64,000 nucleotides of DNA from Felis catus (Eukaryota), in assembly GCF_018350175.1 (NCBI RefSeq), contig NC_058368.1, forward strand, positions 232,564,001-232,628,000. Reading direction: 5' to 3'. Below, in pieces: positions 63,034 through 64,000 of the stretch. The notes under the pieces were generated by a model. It saw only the letters and a list, made by a program, of their open reading frames with translations, was not told where the DNA came from and ran no database searches. Position numbers and translations under genes: made by a program. Within the stretch, counting starts at the first letter, position 1, and each line of letters starts with the position of its first letter.

Positions 63034-63232
63034 GGGGGTGCCTGGGTGGCTCAATAGGTTAAGCCACTTTGGCTCAGGTCATGATGTCAATAATTAGTGC
63101 CTTTGAGCCCCTGGGTTGGCCAGTGGGAAGCCTGCTTGGGATTCTCAATCTGCCCTCTCTCTGCCCCTCCCCCAGTCACCTTTCTCTCTCTCTCTCTCTC
63201 TCTCTCTGTCTCAAAATAAGTTAATAAACTTT
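63034..63232 (+). mobile_element. Degenerate CanSINE
   Basis: GGGGTGCCTGGGTGGCTCA head and (CT)n; the tail runs into GAAA repeats. Confidence 0.88.
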
Positions 63233-63353
63233 GAAAGAAAGAAAGAAAGAAAGAAAGAAAGAAAAAAGAAAAGAAAAGAAAAAAGAAAAGAAAAGAAAAA
63301 AGAAGAAGAAAGAAAGAAAGAAAGGAAGGGAGGAAGGAAGAAAGGGAAGGAAA
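63233..63353. repeat. (GAAA/GAAAA/GGAA)n tract derived from the SINE tail
   Basis: Seen directly. Confidence 0.95.
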
Positions 63354-63659
63354 GGGTCCCGGCTTAGGCCATGTCTACCTGGGGGTGTGTGCAGGTGGGA
63401 AGCAGGAGAAGGGGGCTCATCCGTCTCTAACTGCCCCACGGCCAGGAGCCCACCACCCTCCTCCCCCTTCTGAGTGTGTCCTCCACCCTCCCCCTTTCCT
63501 CTGTCTTCTCTGGCGGCTTAGCTCTCGCTTTCCTCTTGTCCAACAAGAAGAAATCATGAAGGACAACTCAAGAAAGATTCCCAATGTCACAGGCAGCTTG
63601 GAGTTCCCAATCTCAAAGTCTGAGAGTCTTCAGGGGAAAATTCCTTTTCCCCATGTGTA

Positions 63660-63660
63660 C

Positions 63661-63742
<82 letters not shown>
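63660..63742. repeat. (CT)n microsatellite
   Basis: About 40 units with two interruptions. Confidence 0.97.
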
Positions 63743-63745
<3 letters not shown>

Positions 63746-64000
63746 ACCACACACACATCTCAGTACTCTATGACATTATTTAGAGACTGCACTAGACTTC
63801 TGTTTATGTTCATCTGGGAGTTTCCACAATACAATTTGTAAACTTGAGTTTCATTCTTGTTTTTGTTTTACTGTTTTGCTTGAGTAGGACTTCAACAGAT
63901 GTTGGTGGGAGGTAACGTCCTCCGGATGCCAGAAACCTCTCCAGTCCTTCCCAGCACATCTGTTGTACACACCCCAAAGTAAGTTTTGGGACAGGAAAAC

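Noticed and set aside
5682..63232. tRNA-like A/B-box sequences
   Set aside because: They are SINE heads followed by (CT)n and A-tails, not tRNA genes.
11844..63744. Low-complexity ORFs (YIYIY, CVCVC, SLSLSL, KERKKE, poly-E)
   Set aside because: These are translations of microsatellites and polypurine tracts.

Overview
This window is mammalian nuclear DNA, almost certainly from a felid. It carries about 35 tRNA-derived CanSINEs, including several near-consensus young cat-type SINEC_Fc copies with intact target-site duplications (TSDs). It also holds cat-type L1 3' ends, older L1M/L2/MIR fossils, MaLR/ERVL/ERV1-like and ERVK-like solo LTRs, MER20/MER91 hAT elements and many microsatellites. 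I could not recognise any intact protein-coding gene, rRNA, tRNA or CRISPR array. The only ORF with clear homology is a C-terminal L1 ORF2 fragment; the rest look like repeat-derived or chance ORFs. The window reads as intronic or intergenic, with a promoter-like CpG/ETS/E-box segment near 37.5 kb and a GC-rich segment near 62 kb. The best unexplained signals are: a splice-coherent minus-strand exon chain at 59.6/53.8/52.6 kb giving an 84-aa spliced ORF; a 26-bp inverted repeat at 22.8/23.7 kb that pairs fully as RNA on the + strand; paired miR-96-type sites at 51.5 kb; an AT-rich cruciform-prone insert at 16.8 kb; and a possible hAT transposase fossil at 58.7 kb. None of these is strong evidence of a new biological system. 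Repeat family names come from remembered consensus similarity, not from a database search, and boundaries of old repeats are approximate.
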